The notes under the pieces are model-generated. The model did no database searches, had not been told where the DNA came from, and saw only the letters and a list, made by a program, of their open reading frames with translations. Positions 47,888 to 62,900 of a stretch of 64,000 nt of DNA are shown one piece after another. The stretch is from assembly GCF_002113885.1 (NCBI RefSeq), contig NW_018404125.1:222051-286050 (forward strand), written 5' to 3'. The DNA is from Mizuhopecten yessoensis. Its lineage: Eukaryota. A program made the position numbers and the translations under genes. Each line of letters opens with the position of its first letter. The first letter of the stretch is position 1.

Positions 47888-47985
47888 CTCTTGTGATTGT
47901 ATAAATATCCACGATACACATTCAAAATAACTAGTGTTGTAGCGATCACTTATCAGAACGTTAGTTCATACGAATATATAATCCA
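47888..47985 (-). promoter_or_regulatory. Candidate non-coding first exon / core promoter of the Pif-like gene
   Basis: Good donor gag|gtatgt at 47888/47887 with TATA-like tatatat ~90 nt upstream; coding exon 1 has an acceptor, so a UTR exon should exist. Confidence 0.35.
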
Positions 47986-50225
47986 TATTGGACTAATATA
48001 TTAGATAACAGATTCAACTCAGGTGCTAACACTCAGCAATATAAATATACTATGGAAGCAAACCTAATTAACATGATCTCACTGATGTCTTGATTACTTT
48101 GATTGGTTCCGATGACTTAGCCACGTCATATGTGTTTGTCTGTTAAAACAACAACAAATGTTAAATGTCATTTTAAAACATCGCACGAAACAAGTTGCGA
48201 ACTGGTCATATACATTCAAAGCTATTGAAATCCCAAATCAAAGTTCCGCAATATCCACGTTTAAGACGTGGGAAGATATGATAAACGAGATTTAGTGATC
48301 ACTCAATTTGTCCAATTGACATCACTCCCCCTCTACCGGCAACATGGAACAACAGCTTTGTGATTAGGTTTCAGTCTGAACCACATCTGTATAAAGGAGT
48401 GACGGAGGCTGGTAAGTAACATCTTGAGACGACCCCCAGGACAGTGGGCCCGTAGCCATATTCCTTTATATATATGTATAAACTTAACTATAAGATTGTG
48501 ATTATCATTAGAAATACATATATTCCATTCTGTCACCGTGACACAGTTGTCATGTCATAGATGGTACTTAAAGTTGAATTAATGAGGTTTTACCTGAGAG
48601 TTAAAACCAGATAAAAAGTTGTTTGTCTGTAGTCATTGCAGCATATGAGATGGTATAACTCCAAATGGTAGTTTATTATTAAACCAACACGACTGATTAA
48701 AATTATTGCGCAATAATTCCCAAATATTTATATCGAATTATTTCATTGTTATCTACCGAACACTTCACCGAGTAAAATCTTATTTATTGTTAATCTTTTA
48801 TTTGTTTTATAGGAATCTGTTGTCAATGCTAATTTATACGCAGTCAGAGTTTGTGCTCAGCATAAGAAGGGAGAGATGCTAATACAGCCAATGAACGATG
48901 TTTTAGAATGCCATGCGTTCGGTGGATAGGCCCATGTCCGTCTGCTTCAATCGCACAATAAGATATACCGGTAGGATCAGTTTTGAAAACGTTAAGTATA
49001 AGATGGTATATTCTTCATTTTACCTAAGAAGATATTATCTTGTTATCAAGTAGTTACTTGTTATGGTGTATTTGGGAAGCGTACGGATGTATGACCACTA
49101 TTAGGGAACTATATGGCTCCAAACACACCGATTTCATATCTGAGTGGGACGGAAGAGTACATTATATTCCACTCTTTTTGTCATTGTTTTGGATCAGATT
49201 TTTTTTTTTTAACAAATTTCGATGTATTAAGTTGCATATATATTGTTTATATTTACTTTCATATATATTGAAAAGCAAAAACATCGGATAATATGTATCA
49301 GCGTTTGGTTTAGATAATAAACACGTGAGGCAGGAAGGTAGTGTTTTTATGAATGTTCTATCCTGTGCTGATTGAAAGGGAACTGTCGCCTGTGTATGAA
49401 TCCATCATTAATCATTGCAATGTCGTAAACCAAGAGACCACTGTGTACCTGACGAAGTAATACTGAAATGGATGACATTCTTTAACTAAATAATACTGTC
49501 TGGCACCACATCCATCAGTGATCGTACATACCGTGCTTCTTTTTGCATGATATCTTTCCTTAACATTATTAATTAAATAGAAATATTGAAAACATTTAAT
49601 TACATATTGATCGGTTAGCGATAACATAACGTTATTAAGTAGACTTTGGTGCGGGATAGGTGTTTGGTTATGTAAATCGCTATATAATAAATTAATTAAT
49701 TTTGGCATAACGAGCTAAATTTTACAATAAAATTTCACTTTCTAAACATTGTGACAGAGACTTGACAATTAGTGTCAGTTATCTTCCTTTATATTCATTA
49801 TCAACGTCGAATTATTTCCCCATGAAGCGTTGTCTGGGTAAAAATCCCTTTTGTGGTTTTCTTTTTCTTTCATGAACATTTTCGGTTTGCCAACAGAAAT
49901 AGGCCAGTAAAGCACAAGTAAAGGAGAAAGCCTAACGGCCGATGAGTCAAGAAAGAAATTATGTGATAGAATAAAGAAAGAAAAAAAGAAAAAGATAAAG
50001 CTGTCAAGTAATATTGCATCTCTGGACATGTAATGGGTGCACCTGGTATATGTGAGTTTGTTAGGTGATCCTGAAGGAGGTCAGTGTAAATATACAGACA
50101 GCGGTTCCATGACCATGTGTGCATTGTCATAAGGCTAACGTAATTGGCAATGTATATCATGGAAATATTGATACACATGTAGGTGCAACTGGCTTTGTCC
50201 CAACATTTGAATATTATTATCATTA

Positions 50226-51660
50226 CATTCATGTCTGTATGCCTGTCTCTCTCCCTTTTATAACATTCATATTTAGTATATTCTTCAATCTGTCCATGTA
50301 AATGTCCCTGTATGCCTGTCTCTCTCCCTTTAATAACATTCATATTTAGTATATTCTTCAATCTGTCCATGTAAATGTCTCTGTATGCCTGTCTCTCTCC
50401 CTTTTATAACATTCACATTTAGTATATTCTTCAATCTGTCAATGTCAATGTTTCTGTCTGCCTGTCTCTCTCCCTTTTATAACATTCACGTTTAGTATTT
50501 TCTTCATTCTGTTCATGTGAACGTCTCTGTATGCCTGTCTCTCTCCCTTTTATAATATTCACATTTAGTATAATCTTCAATCTGTCCATGTAAATGTCTC
50601 TGTAAGCCTGTCTCTCTCCCTTTTATAACATTCACTTTAAGTATAATCTTCAATCTGTCCATGTCTCTGTCTGCCTATCTCTTTCCCTTTTATAACATTC
50701 ACATTAAGTATAATCTTCAATCTGTCAATGTCAATGTCTCTGTCTGCCTGTCCCTCTCCCTTTTATAACATTCACGTTTAGTATTTTATTCAATCTGTTC
50801 ATGTGAACGTCTCTGTATGCCTGTCTCTCTCCCTTTTATAACATTCACATTAAGTATAATCTTCAATCTGTCCATGTCTCTGTATGCCTGTCTCTCTCCT
50901 TTTTATAACATTCACATTTAGTATAATCTTCAAGCTGTCCATGTAAATGTCTCTGTATGCCTGTCTCTCTCCCTTTTATAACATTCACATTTAGTATATT
51001 CTTCAATCTGTCAATGTCAATGTCTCTGTCTGCCTGTCTCTCTCCCTTTTATAACATTCACGTTTAGTATTTTCTTCAATCTGTTCATGTGAACGTCTCT
51101 GTATGCCTGTCTCTCTCCCTTTTATAACATTCACATTTAGTATAATCTTCAATCTGTCCATGTCTCTGTCTGCCTATCTCCTTCCCTTTTATAACATTCA
51201 CATTAAGTATAATCTTCAATCTGTCCATGTCAATGTCTCTTTCCCTTTTATAACATTCACATTTAGTATAATCTTCAATCTGTCCATGTCAATGTCTCTT
51301 TCCCTTTTATAACATTCACGTTTAGTATTTTCTTCAATCTGTTCATGTGAACGTCTCTGTATGCCTGTCTCTCTCCCTTTTTTAACATTCACATTTAGTA
51401 TAATCTTCAATCTGTCCATGTCTCTGTATGCCTGTCTCTCTCCCTTTTTTAACATTCACATTTAGTATAATCTTCAATCTGTCCAAATCTGTCCATGTCA
51501 ATGTCTCTGTCTGCCTGTCTTTCTCCCTTTTATAACATGCACATTTAGTATATTCTTCAATCTGTCCATGTCAATGTCTCTGTCTGCCTTTATAACATTC
51601 ACATTTAGTATATTCTTCAATCTGTTCATGTCTCTGTATGCCTGTCTCTCTCCCTTTTCT
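50226..51660. repeat. 73-bp minisatellite (66-bp and shorter variants), ~20 copies
   Basis: Unit tataacattcacatttagtatattcttcaatctgtccatgtaaatgtctctgtatgcctgtctctctcccttt. Confidence 0.95.
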
Positions 51661-53369
51661 CTTTTTACAAATTTGATGAAAATCGTTTGACAGATAATTA
51701 AATGATCGGCTAAAAAAACTGAAGCTCAATGTATTTCATCATTAATTCGACAAATATTAAACATTAATGAATAAATATATCTGTTTAAGCGACCGCAAGT
51801 TTGATGGATTAGTGAATATCGACTGGGTTTTTACGTACTGTTATTTATGATTGTATTATTGTAAAATGATGTGTGATATTTTATAACATTGGAAAACATG
51901 CATGTCATAGAAATAGAAATGTACCAGTCCCTAAACACAGAAGCTTACTAAAGCAAAAGTTATTCTAAAAATCGCATTTTTTTTTTATATTATTCAATAT
52001 GGACCTGAAACGTTATCCTGCTTGTAAAAAATATCAAAACAATAATTCAATTCTCGTCTGAAGTAATTATTGAAATTTTGAAAATAAATTATTTGAACAG
52101 GTAAAACGTATTTCTTATTGATGAAATATTATGTAAATTTATATAGTGTCTTACAATTTATGATATGGTGTCACTTTCCAAGACATCCGTTTCGTATGAA
52201 TGCACAATAAAAATTGAATTAGAAACCGCCTATGTACATTCGCCAAAAAATGTCTCACTATTTTTTTGTCGGAAATATTCAACAATGAAAATAAAAACAT
52301 CCTGGTCCACATATCGACACTATTAGGGTATCCAGCGGTTCACGACATAACACAAGCAAGAAGGTAGCATGAAATTTCGTCAGATTTAGTAGGAAATATA
52401 GCAGTTTTAGCTAGGTAAGGTGGGCGTAAGATACACGCATGTATATAAATAACATATCAGGGTTATTGCTGTTGCTATATATCGACACACAAGGCCAACA
52501 TACCAATAAAACTCTGGGCGGAGTGTTCTGTATTGTCTATATACACTGGGACAAACTCTAATTCGGTACAGGAACAGAGGACACACCAAAACAATAAAAC
52601 AAAGAAAGAAAGAACACATGACAAGATACAGCACTGTCTTCATCAACTGTGTGATCTAAATGTGATGCCCCCGTTAAACATAAGACTTCATTGACCACCA
52701 TGTTTCGTGCTCATTGCGTGATATACTTTAAAATCAACGGAAGTATGTTTTCAAGTTCATAGCACAGCATAAGAAACAGAAGTTAAGACAGCGTCAGACA
52801 ATAATATTTGTATTTTTTAGGAAATCTTATTTTATATTTTGAGAATATTGAATTCGTATCCAAGACATAATGATATTAATCTCGTTAGCTAATGTGTCAA
52901 TAGTTTGCTTTCGTTTGCTTTCTGCACAAATGACCCCATCCTAATCGGGGTTATCATTAAAATAGTCCTCATATAAGTCTGAAATCAGCTGACTCGCAAC
53001 ATCCTTAAGTATACATATCAACATATTATGTTCCTTAAGCCGTAATATTTAAGTAAATTAAGTCTGACCTGTCATGTTAATTGAGGATACAAATGTATTT
53101 TGAAGCATTTACTTTACGATACTTCACAGGCAAGGAGACCACAGGTCACCTAGAAATGTCAATTTCAAGTTAAATTGTAGAGTCATTTACATGAATTTAA
53201 TATGAGAACAAATTTCATGTGTATGCGGTAATACAGTGCAACCTTTCTACACCGACGATAACAAATTTGGGCACTATTATGATTAAGATTTGTAACTTAG
53301 TCAAGTCACCCAGGTTTCTGTACTATCTGCTTGGGAAAAAATGGTTATACAAGATCATTAAAGAACGTT

Positions 53370-54366
53370 GTCGGCTGGATTATCTGCCTGGAGTAAAGTT
53401 AGCTAGCTTATCTACTTGGACCGAGAGTTGACTGAACTATCTGATTGACACAAATTTGACAAGATTATCTGCTTGGAGTAAATTTGGCTAGGTTATCTAC
53501 TTGGACCGAAAATTTGCTGGATTATTTACTTGGAACGAAGTTGAATGAATTATCTGATTGACACAAAGTTGAATAGATTATTTACTTGGAATGAAGTTGG
53601 CTAGAATATCTGCTTGGAATAAATTTGGCTAGATTATCTACTTGGCACAAAGTTGGTTAGAGTATCTGCTTGGATTTAATGTGGCTAGATTATTTACTTG
53701 GACCGAACATTTGCTGAGTTATCTGCTTGGAAAAAAGTTGGCTATATCAACTGCTTGGATTAAATGTAGCTAGATTATCTACATTGACCTAAAATTTGCT
53801 GGATTATCTAATTGGCACAAAGTTGACTAGATTATCTACTTAAAACGAAGTTGGCTAGATTATCTGCTTCGAATGAATGTGGTTTGATTATTCACTTGGA
53901 CCGAAAACTTGCTGGAATCTCTGCTTAGAACAAATTTGACTAGGTTATCTGCTTGGAATACATTTGGCTAGGTTATCTACTTGGACCGAGAGTTGACTGA
54001 ACTATCTGATTGACACAAAGTTGGCTACATTATCTACTTGGACCGAAAATTTGCTGGATTATCTTCTTGGAACGAAGTTGGCTAGAATATCTGCTTGGAA
54101 TAGATTTGGCTAGATTATCTACTTGGAACAAAGTTGGCGAGATTATCTGCTTGGATTAAATGTGGCGAGATTATCTACTTGGACCGAACACTTGCTGGAT
54201 TATCTGTTTGGAATAAAGTTGACTGGATCATATGCTGCAAACAAAATTGGCTGATGTATCTACTTCGAAAGAAATTTGACTGGATTATTTGCTAGTAATG
54301 AAGTTGGCTGGGTTATCTACTGGGAACAAAGTTGCTTAAATCATTTACTGGGAATTGAGTTGGCTG
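53370..54366. repeat. Diverged 28/29-bp minisatellite, ~35 copies
   Basis: Consensus ttggctagattatctacttggaacaaag. Confidence 0.9.
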
Positions 54367-55297
54367 CTTATCAAGGCTCTACTGTATTCTAATTTCATTG
54401 TTTAATATTTTCATTAAGTAAGGTGTTATAGTTATATGTATGTATTAAATTGTGTTTAATTGAGGAAGTTATAATACCTTAACTTATAATGTATACAAAT
54501 AAAGATTAAATGACATTATTTATGAACAAAACAAATGTATTTGAAAACAGTTATGTGCTTTAAGTATTATAATTATTGCCTGGGGTATTAAAATATAAAA
54601 GAATATATTATATTGTTTCTTTGATCTGGGTCAGGTGTGGTAATCATGCATACCTGTTGCTTAAGGAAACAAATAAAATGTCAATCAAACAAATTCATAC
54701 ATATTTTGATTTGGTGACACTAAAATTTAAAATGCACATTGCGTATGCTAATGAAGGGTAGAACAAAGTAGTTCCTATATATTTTTTACAGATATAACAT
54801 AACTAGCACTACATACCTCGAGAATTTCAGTTGGTGCCAGCTGTATGCAGCGTCATGAACTTTAAGGTCATTTTTTGCAGGCTAGATTACATATAGTAAT
54901 GAGATGCATCATGGATTCTGTTTATCTTCTGTTGACCGTTGTGAATCCCATTACATATTAATGTGAATGCTTGGCTATACGTCGTAGTTATAAATTGAGT
55001 AATTATGAATTTTGACCTTAAGGTGTCACCAAGTTATGTAGCTAGACATATCTGGATCCAGGTCATTGAGTGTGTTCTATCAGTACTAATGCCTTTTGTA
55101 ATTTAAACACTTTGTAATTGTTTTAATGAATTTCAATATGAACTGTACATTTCTTAGCGATTTTTTTCAGTCATTCCAAAGCTTCAAATAATTTCTGAGT
55201 GGCTTACTGACTATTTTTGTCTGATTTGATATTGTGTAAAAACAAGTTGCTGAAATTAATGACTACATTGATATGCAACACAACTATATTGACAGTT

Positions 55298-55634
55298 CAG
55301 ATGTAGGTTTATCGGAGGTTGACTGTACACGGCTAATCTAGTATGTTACATTTGACAATGTCCCACACCGGCAGGTGTAGGTTTATCGGAGGTTGACTGT
55401 ACACGGCTAATCTAGTATGTTACATTTAACAATGTCCCACACCGGCAGATGTAGGTTTATCGGAGGGTGACTGTACACGGCTAATCTAGTATGTTACATT
55501 TGACAACGTCCCACACCGGCAGATGTAGGTTTATCGGAGGTTGGTTGTACACGTTTAATCTAGTATGTTACATTTGACAATGTCCCACACCGGCAGATGT
55601 AGGTTTATCGGAGGTTGACTGTACACGGTTAATC
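55298..55634. repeat. 74-bp tandem repeat, 4.5 copies
   Basis: Unit cagatgtaggtttatcggaggttgactgtacacggctaatctagtatgttacatttgacaatgtcccacaccgg. Confidence 0.95.
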
Positions 55635-56243
55635 GGCACGGTTTAGAACTAAGTTTGATATGCTCTTTTATTTATTATTTGGATTTTTTTTCAACGATTA
55701 CGTTCAACTCTCAAACCATCAGAAATTAAACTGAAATATAGTATAAAAAACTTAAATGTCCCTTCCACTGAGGACACTAACACTACACCCTTTGCCACTG
55801 TCTGTAGAAGTATTTTATTATATTACTTCTTGGCATCCAATGTGTAGCCTCCACTGGACGAAGTGTTACATCCCCTGAAGATTCAGGGCTGAGAAGTCCT
55901 GCTGTATCCTACAGCATAGTCAGGAGAAAATGAACGAAAAGGCGGCCACGAGAAATTATTGGCTGAAAGAGCACTTACGTGGAATTTAACTGGAAAATTC
56001 ATATATAAGTAAAACAAATACATCCTTGGGTACACTGTGTAATAACACAATCCTAAATCGGTTGTTATTCAGTAATAAGACGCTTCATATGTATATTTAG
56101 ATATGTAACACGACAATCCTCACAATAACAGGAGTTTTTCTACATTTGAAACGTCACAGAGAAATTGAGATATCTGCATATCAACAATTCAAACAAAATA
56201 ATACCTACTTAGTTGCCAAAAATGGCGTCCGCTGGAACAATTG

Positions 56244-56378
56244 TTTGTGTGATAGCATGAACAGGTAACAAAATACAAACTGAAGGGATTTGTGTAATAG
56301 CATGAACAGGTAACAAAATACGAACTGAAGGGATTTGTGTAATAGTATGAACAGGTAACAAAATACAAACTGAAGGGA
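56244..56378 (+). repeat. 45-bp tandem repeat x3 containing CAG|GTAACA
   Basis: Unit tttgtgtaatagcatgaacaggtaacaaaatacaaactgaaggga at 56244, 56289, 56334. Confidence 0.9.
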
Positions 56379-56614
56379 CAACTTGTATTCTTCGCAGGCA
56401 ACTTCAATGTAGATACTCTGACCTCTGTATATGTAATATATTTTGTGTGAATTTGACATGAAATGAAAAAATACATTACAAGTGATAAGAGTATCAAGCT
56501 TCAGCTAATTTAAATTGGTACTTTAAAGTGACACATAAGTGACCCGTCTTATGAAGACATAATCTCCATATGACATCAGCTTTTACACAAAAATAATAAT
56601 CCATAATATTTGTC

Positions 56615-57072
56615 AATATTACAAGTTAGACGCAGATGTAATATTACAAGCTAGGCACAGATGTAATATTACAAGTTAGACACAGATGTAATATTACAAG
56701 TATGGCACAGATGTAATATTACAAGTTAGACAAAGATGTAATATTACAAGTTCGACACAGATGTAACATTACAAGTTAGGCACAGATGTAATATTACAAG
56801 TTCGACACAGATGTAACATTACAAGTTAGGCACAGATGTAATATTACAAGTTCGACACAGATGTAACATTACAAGTTAGGCACAGATGTAATATTACAAG
56901 TTCGACACAGATGTAACATTACAAGTTAGGCACAGATGTAATATTACAAGTTCGACACAGATGTAACATTACAAGTTAGGCACAGATGTAATATTACAAG
57001 TTAGAAACATATGTTATATTACAAGTTAGGCACAGATGTAATATTACAAGTTCGACACGGATGTAATATTGC
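56615..57072. repeat. 25-bp minisatellite, ~18 copies, with a 50-bp dimeric higher-order block
   Basis: aatattacaagttcgacacagatgt alternating with aacattacaagttaggcacagatgt. Confidence 0.95.
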
Positions 57073-59982
57073 AATTTAAATACGAAAAGTTATCCTATCT
57101 GATGATTTAAAATTGTAGCCAAGTAATTGCATTCAGAAGGGAAATGTCTGGTTCTGTGATGCATCACTGATACGTTTAATGTTGAATAAAACGTGCCAAT
57201 CAGAGCCCTAACGAGGTGGTCAAGGTTCTGTTTTAAGGAAGGGAAATGCTTTCGATAGTGTATATCGTATGTATTGTGATATACTGTACACATACACTTG
57301 TGATACAGGGAATAGGTTGGAGACATCATGCATTTTGTACAAGGCATATCTTATCTTATACAACGTTGGGGGTCAACCTCAAGGTATCCAACTAAACATA
57401 TACAAAATGTATATATTAAAGTCTGCAGGGGTTGCAGTGTATACTTTACGAACAAATAATGCTTTAAGTTACAAGGAAGGATAAGAATGTATGCACTGTG
57501 TCTGGCAGGTGTGTCTATACGTAACGATAACTCAATAGTATCAATTGTATTAACTTATATAGTTAAAGTTAAACAAAATTCTCTAAAATACACTGTAACA
57601 TTTGAAAATTACGTATATTTTACAGTTGTTACGAAATGATAAAAGTGAGGTAATATAAACACACTTACGTCTACCACCGTGTGTGATACTGCAGGCCACG
57701 CTGAATGCCACCTCTGTCTTACACTCCCCACGATGTAGTGTGTACACTCACCGAGGACACGGTAGTTAAGGTGACATTCCAGAACCATTTGTATGCACCA
57801 GAAACCCATTAAGGAAACACGACATTGTTAAGCTAAACACATACTTCTTAGAAAAGTTGGATTTGTTTTATTTTAATGTGAAATTCAAAAATATCTTAAT
57901 TGACTTTGAACTACGTCTCAGACATCAATGTTGCCATACCTAATAACACAGCAATTTGTCTTAATGTGACGTAAGTTATACTATGACGTCATAGTTATAA
58001 CTTCTAAAGCTACGTCTATGGGACTGTTAGATAATGTTTACATGGAGTAAAATATAACTTTACTGCAGTTACTTTTATTTTCCTGGTAAATATGCAATAA
58101 GTACGACGACGTTACTAGTTTTATTCATAACAATGCAAAGATCAATGAGGTAGATGCATATATTAATAACTCAGACAGTGTTATTTATAAGAAGTTGACA
58201 ATTGAAAATATCTGCGGTAACCGGAATAATTTAAAAAGAAAATGTCAGTTAAATCTGTGGTAACAGAATACACCTATTCAAGAAAAAGTCGGTCAACTAT
58301 GTGGTTACAAGTTAATTAAAGAATAGTTCTTGAATACGGGCCAAAAATGTGAATTTTGCCAAAAATTAGAAAACGGTACCGACAGAACTGTAGATGGACA
58401 CTCAACCTACTATGCTGTCCAGTCACTTGGAATTCAACCATTTCATTTTGAGTCTAAATGGATTAAGAAAGCAAAAATCTTACAAAATATAGAAAGTAAA
58501 GTTTTATTCCCAAAACAGTCGAACGTTATATTTTAATTTTACATATGACATAAACTAAATAAAAAACCATGCACTACAAAAGTCTCATTTATTCAGAAAT
58601 ATAATTAGAATTTCATGAATAGCATCCCCAACAATTAAACGAAGACACATTAAGAGAAAACACCCATTTCATCTTCCCCACCCCCTCTTCTTCCAGACAT
58701 TGAGGAAGCGTCCTTGTGGGATATCAACATGTCGGTTACCTCTATAAGGTAATTGTCAGAATACTGTGAAAATCATATATAAAACATAACGTGTCTCATT
58801 CTGTCGTAATTCTATGATTTTATGCATCTGATTTAAACTTATCTCGTATTCTTTGTCAACATATCACGTAACAGATTTCTAAGACGTTATGGTCTACTAA
58901 AGAAATGAAGGCACCGATAAACCTACTTTGATCCAACCAAGGCAGAGCGAAATGCCTACTGGTTTTATACATTCAAAAATATTTTTTTATTTTAAATTTA
59001 ATTTTGCACAGTGTCTCATAATTTTGCTGGTAATCATGTAAATATGCATAAAATCATAAACAGGTTAAACAAAACATTCTGCTATATTTCCAACTTCAGT
59101 ACCTATTGTGTGGTCGGTATTTGCAGGCAAGATTCAGCACACAGAAGGACAAATGGGACACTGGACAGATGACAAAGATACCAGGGTCAAATTTAGCGGA
59201 GAAGCTTTCAGATTAGTGTCGTTGATAAATTAACCATTAAACAAAGTCACACATTTAGGTCCTCTTTACATACCTCCAGTTAGTTATTTATTAGAACTGT
59301 GAAGAAAACAACATAAATATGCTATTATATGATATATTCCTGGTAGAGGGACAAACACCTGGAGCAAGGGTTAGTTGTTGATGTTGAATTCATGTTTTAT
59401 CATCAGGTTTACTATGTCCTGATTATGTAACATACATATATATGTATGATGGTATAATATTTCACTCGACCACATTATAAATAATATTCAGATATTAATG
59501 ATGAACATTTATTTAAATAGTTTTATAGGATCTGTTAAATAACCCATATGGCAAACATTGCTTATAGATGTGAAATATTTTAATGGGTGTGAAAAACTTT
59601 TTCTGTCGATGCCAGCTCAATAGAGATAGCGAATTACTACCAGAGAACCAAACTCAAACTGTGATAAATCATGGTGTTAATTATGAAAATATTTGATAGT
59701 TGAATGCATATGTTAGTCATAAATGCCTTTTGGTTATATGATGTTTTTTTATAATTGTTATGAGGAATTAAATGGGTATCCTCTTCTTCAGCGAAATTGT
59801 TCCAATGTATTTAAAGGTTCATGCATTAATGAAAAAAATAGATGAACCATACCTATATTTTAAAATTCGTAATGCTGAAAAGAGTTTGTATTTGACTGTT
59901 TGAAGTACAATTATCTATTTCTTTCTCGACGAGTTACTGTAAAAATGGTTTAAATCTACAGAGACTGGACATTCAACATCAG

Positions 59983-62900
59983 TAGACACCATTGTCACTT
60001 AGGTCTGGAGTGGTCTCACAATCATTGGACACCCTTGTCACGAAGGTCTTGGGTGGTCTCACAATCATTGGACACATCTTTCACTTAGGTCTGGAGTGGT
60101 CTCGCAATCATTGGATTCCCTTGTCACTTAGGTCTGGAATGGTCTCAAAATCATTTTACACCTTTGTCACCTAGGGCTTGGGAGGGCTTACAATCATTGG
60201 ACACCTTTGTCAATTAGGTCAGGAGGGGTCTCACAATCATTGGACACCTATGAGGTCTGGAGTGGTCTCACAATCATTGGACACCTTTGTCACTTAGGTC
60301 TGGAGTGGTCTCACAATCATTGGACACCATTGTCATTTAGGTCTGGAGTGGTCTCACAATCATTGGACACCTATGTCACTTAGGTCTGGAGTGGTCTCAC
60401 AATCATTGGACACCTATGTCATTTAGGTCTGGAGTGGTCGCACAATCATTGGACACCTATGTCACTTAGGTCTGGTGTGGTCTCACAATCATTGGACACC
60501 CTTGTCACTTAGGTCTGGAGTGGTCTCACAATCATTGGACACATTTGTCGCTTAGTTCTGGAGTGGTCTCACAATCATTGGACACATTTGTCACTTAGGT
60601 CATGAATGGTCTAACAATCATTGGACACCCTTGTTACTTAGGTCTGGAATGGTCTCACAATCATTGGACACATTTGTCACTTAGGTCATGAATGTTCTAA
60701 CAATCATTGGACACCCTTGTTACTTAGTTCTGGAATGGTCTCACAATCATTTTACACATTTGTTACTTAGGTCTGGAGTGGCCTCACAATCATTGGACAC
60801 ATTTGTCGCTTAGGTCTGGAGTGGTCTCACAATCATTTGACACACTTGTTACTTAGGTCTGGGGTGGTCTCACAATCATTGGACACATTTGTCGCTTAGG
60901 TCTGGAGTGGTCTCACAATCATTTGACACATTTGTCACTTAGGTCATGAATGTTCTAACAATCATTGGACACCCCTGTTACTTAGGTCTGGAATGGTCTC
61001 ATAATCATTGGACACCTTTGTCAATTAGGTCTGGAGTGGTCTCACAATCATCGGACACATTTGTCACTTAGGTCATGAATGGTCTCACAATCATTGGACA
61101 CTTTTGTCACTTAGGTCTGGAGTTGTCTCACAATCATTGGACACATATGTCACTTAGGTCTGGAGTGGTCTAACAATCATTTTACACCTTTGTCACCTAG
61201 GTGTTGGGTGGTCTTACAATCATTTGACACCTTTGTCACCTAGGTCTTGGGTGGTCTTACGATCATTGGACACCTTTGTCACCTAGGTCTTTGGTGGTCT
61301 TACAATCATTTGACACCTTTGTCACCTAGGTCTTGGGTGGTCTTACGATCATTGGACACCTTTGTCACCTAGGTCTTGGGTGGTCTTACAATCATTGGAC
61401 ACCTTTGTTACGTAGGTCTTGGGTGGTCGCACAATCATTTTCTGGAGTGGTCTCACAATCATTGGATTCACTTGTCACTTAGGTCTGGAATGGTCTCACA
61501 ATCATTTTACACCTTTGTCACCTAGGTGTTGGGTGGTCTTACAATCATTTGACACCTTTGTCACCTAGGTCTTGGGTGGTCTTACAATCATTTGACACCT
61601 TTGTCAATTAGGTCAGGAGGGGTCTCACAATCATTGGACACTTTTGTCACTTAGGTCTGGAGTGTCACTTAGGTCTGGAGTGGTGTCACAATCATTGGAC
61701 ACCCTTTTTACTTAGGTCTGGAGTGGTCTCACGATCATTGGACACCTTTGTCACCTAGGTCTTTGGTGGTCTTACAATCATTTGACACCTTTGTCACCTA
61801 GGTCTTGGGTGGTCTTACGATCATTGGACACCTTTGTCACCTAGGTCTTTGGTGGTCTTACAATCATTTGACACCTTTGTCACCTAGGTCTTTGGTGGTC
61901 TTACAATCATTTGACACCTTTGTCAATTAGGTCTGGAGTGGTCTCACAATCGGAGTGGTCTCACAATCATTGTACACCTGTGTCACCTAGGTCTGGGGTG
62001 GTCTTACAATCATTTGACACCTTTGTCAATTAGGTCTGGAGTGGTCTCACGATCATTGGACACCTTTGTCACTTAGGTCTGGAGTGTCACTTAGGTCTGG
62101 AGTGGTCTCACGATCATTGGACACCTTTGTCACTTAGGTCAGGAGTGGTCTCACAATCATTGCACACCCTTGTTACTTAGGTCTGGAATGGTCTCATAAT
62201 CATTGGACACCTTTGTCAATTAGATCAGGAGTGGTCTCACAATCATTGATTGGACACCTATGTCACTTAGGTCTGGAGTGGTGTGACAATCATTTTACAC
62301 CGTTGTCACCTAGGTCTTGGGTGGTCTTACGATCATTGGACACCTTTGTCACTTAGGTCTGGAGTTGTCTCACAATCATTGGACACATTTGTCATTTAGG
62401 TCTGGAGTGGTCGCACAATCATTGGACACTTATGTCACTTAGGTCTGGTGTGGTCTCACAATCATTGGACACCTTTGTCAATTAGCTCAGGAGTGGTCTC
62501 ACAATCATTGTACACCTGTGTCACCTAGGTCTGGGGTGGTCTTACAATCATTTGACACCTTTGTCACCTAGGTCTTGGGTCGTTTCACAATCATTAGACA
62601 CATTTTCCACTTAGGTCTGGGGTGGTAGTCGTTGAACACCTTTGTCACTTAGGTCTGGAGTTGTCTCACAATCATTGGACACATATGTCACTTAGGTCTG
62701 GAGTGGTGTGACAATCATTTTACACCGTTGTCACCTAGGTCTTGGGTGGTCTTACAATTATTGGACACCTTTGTCAATTAGCTCAGGAGTGGTCTCACAA
62801 TCATTGCACACCCTTGTTACTTAGGTCTGGAGTGGTCTCGCAATCATTTTACACCTTTGTCACCTAGGCCTTGGGGGGTCTTACAATCATTGGACACCTT

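Noticed and set aside
48812-48970. Possible plus-strand exon (ttttatag| ... |gtagga)
   Set aside because: Frames checked contain stops and no recognisable protein; cannot be supported without transcripts.
57609-57809. 66-aa minus-strand ORF with donor-like gtgagt/gtaagt sites
   Set aside because: No recognisable homology or partner exons found by eye.
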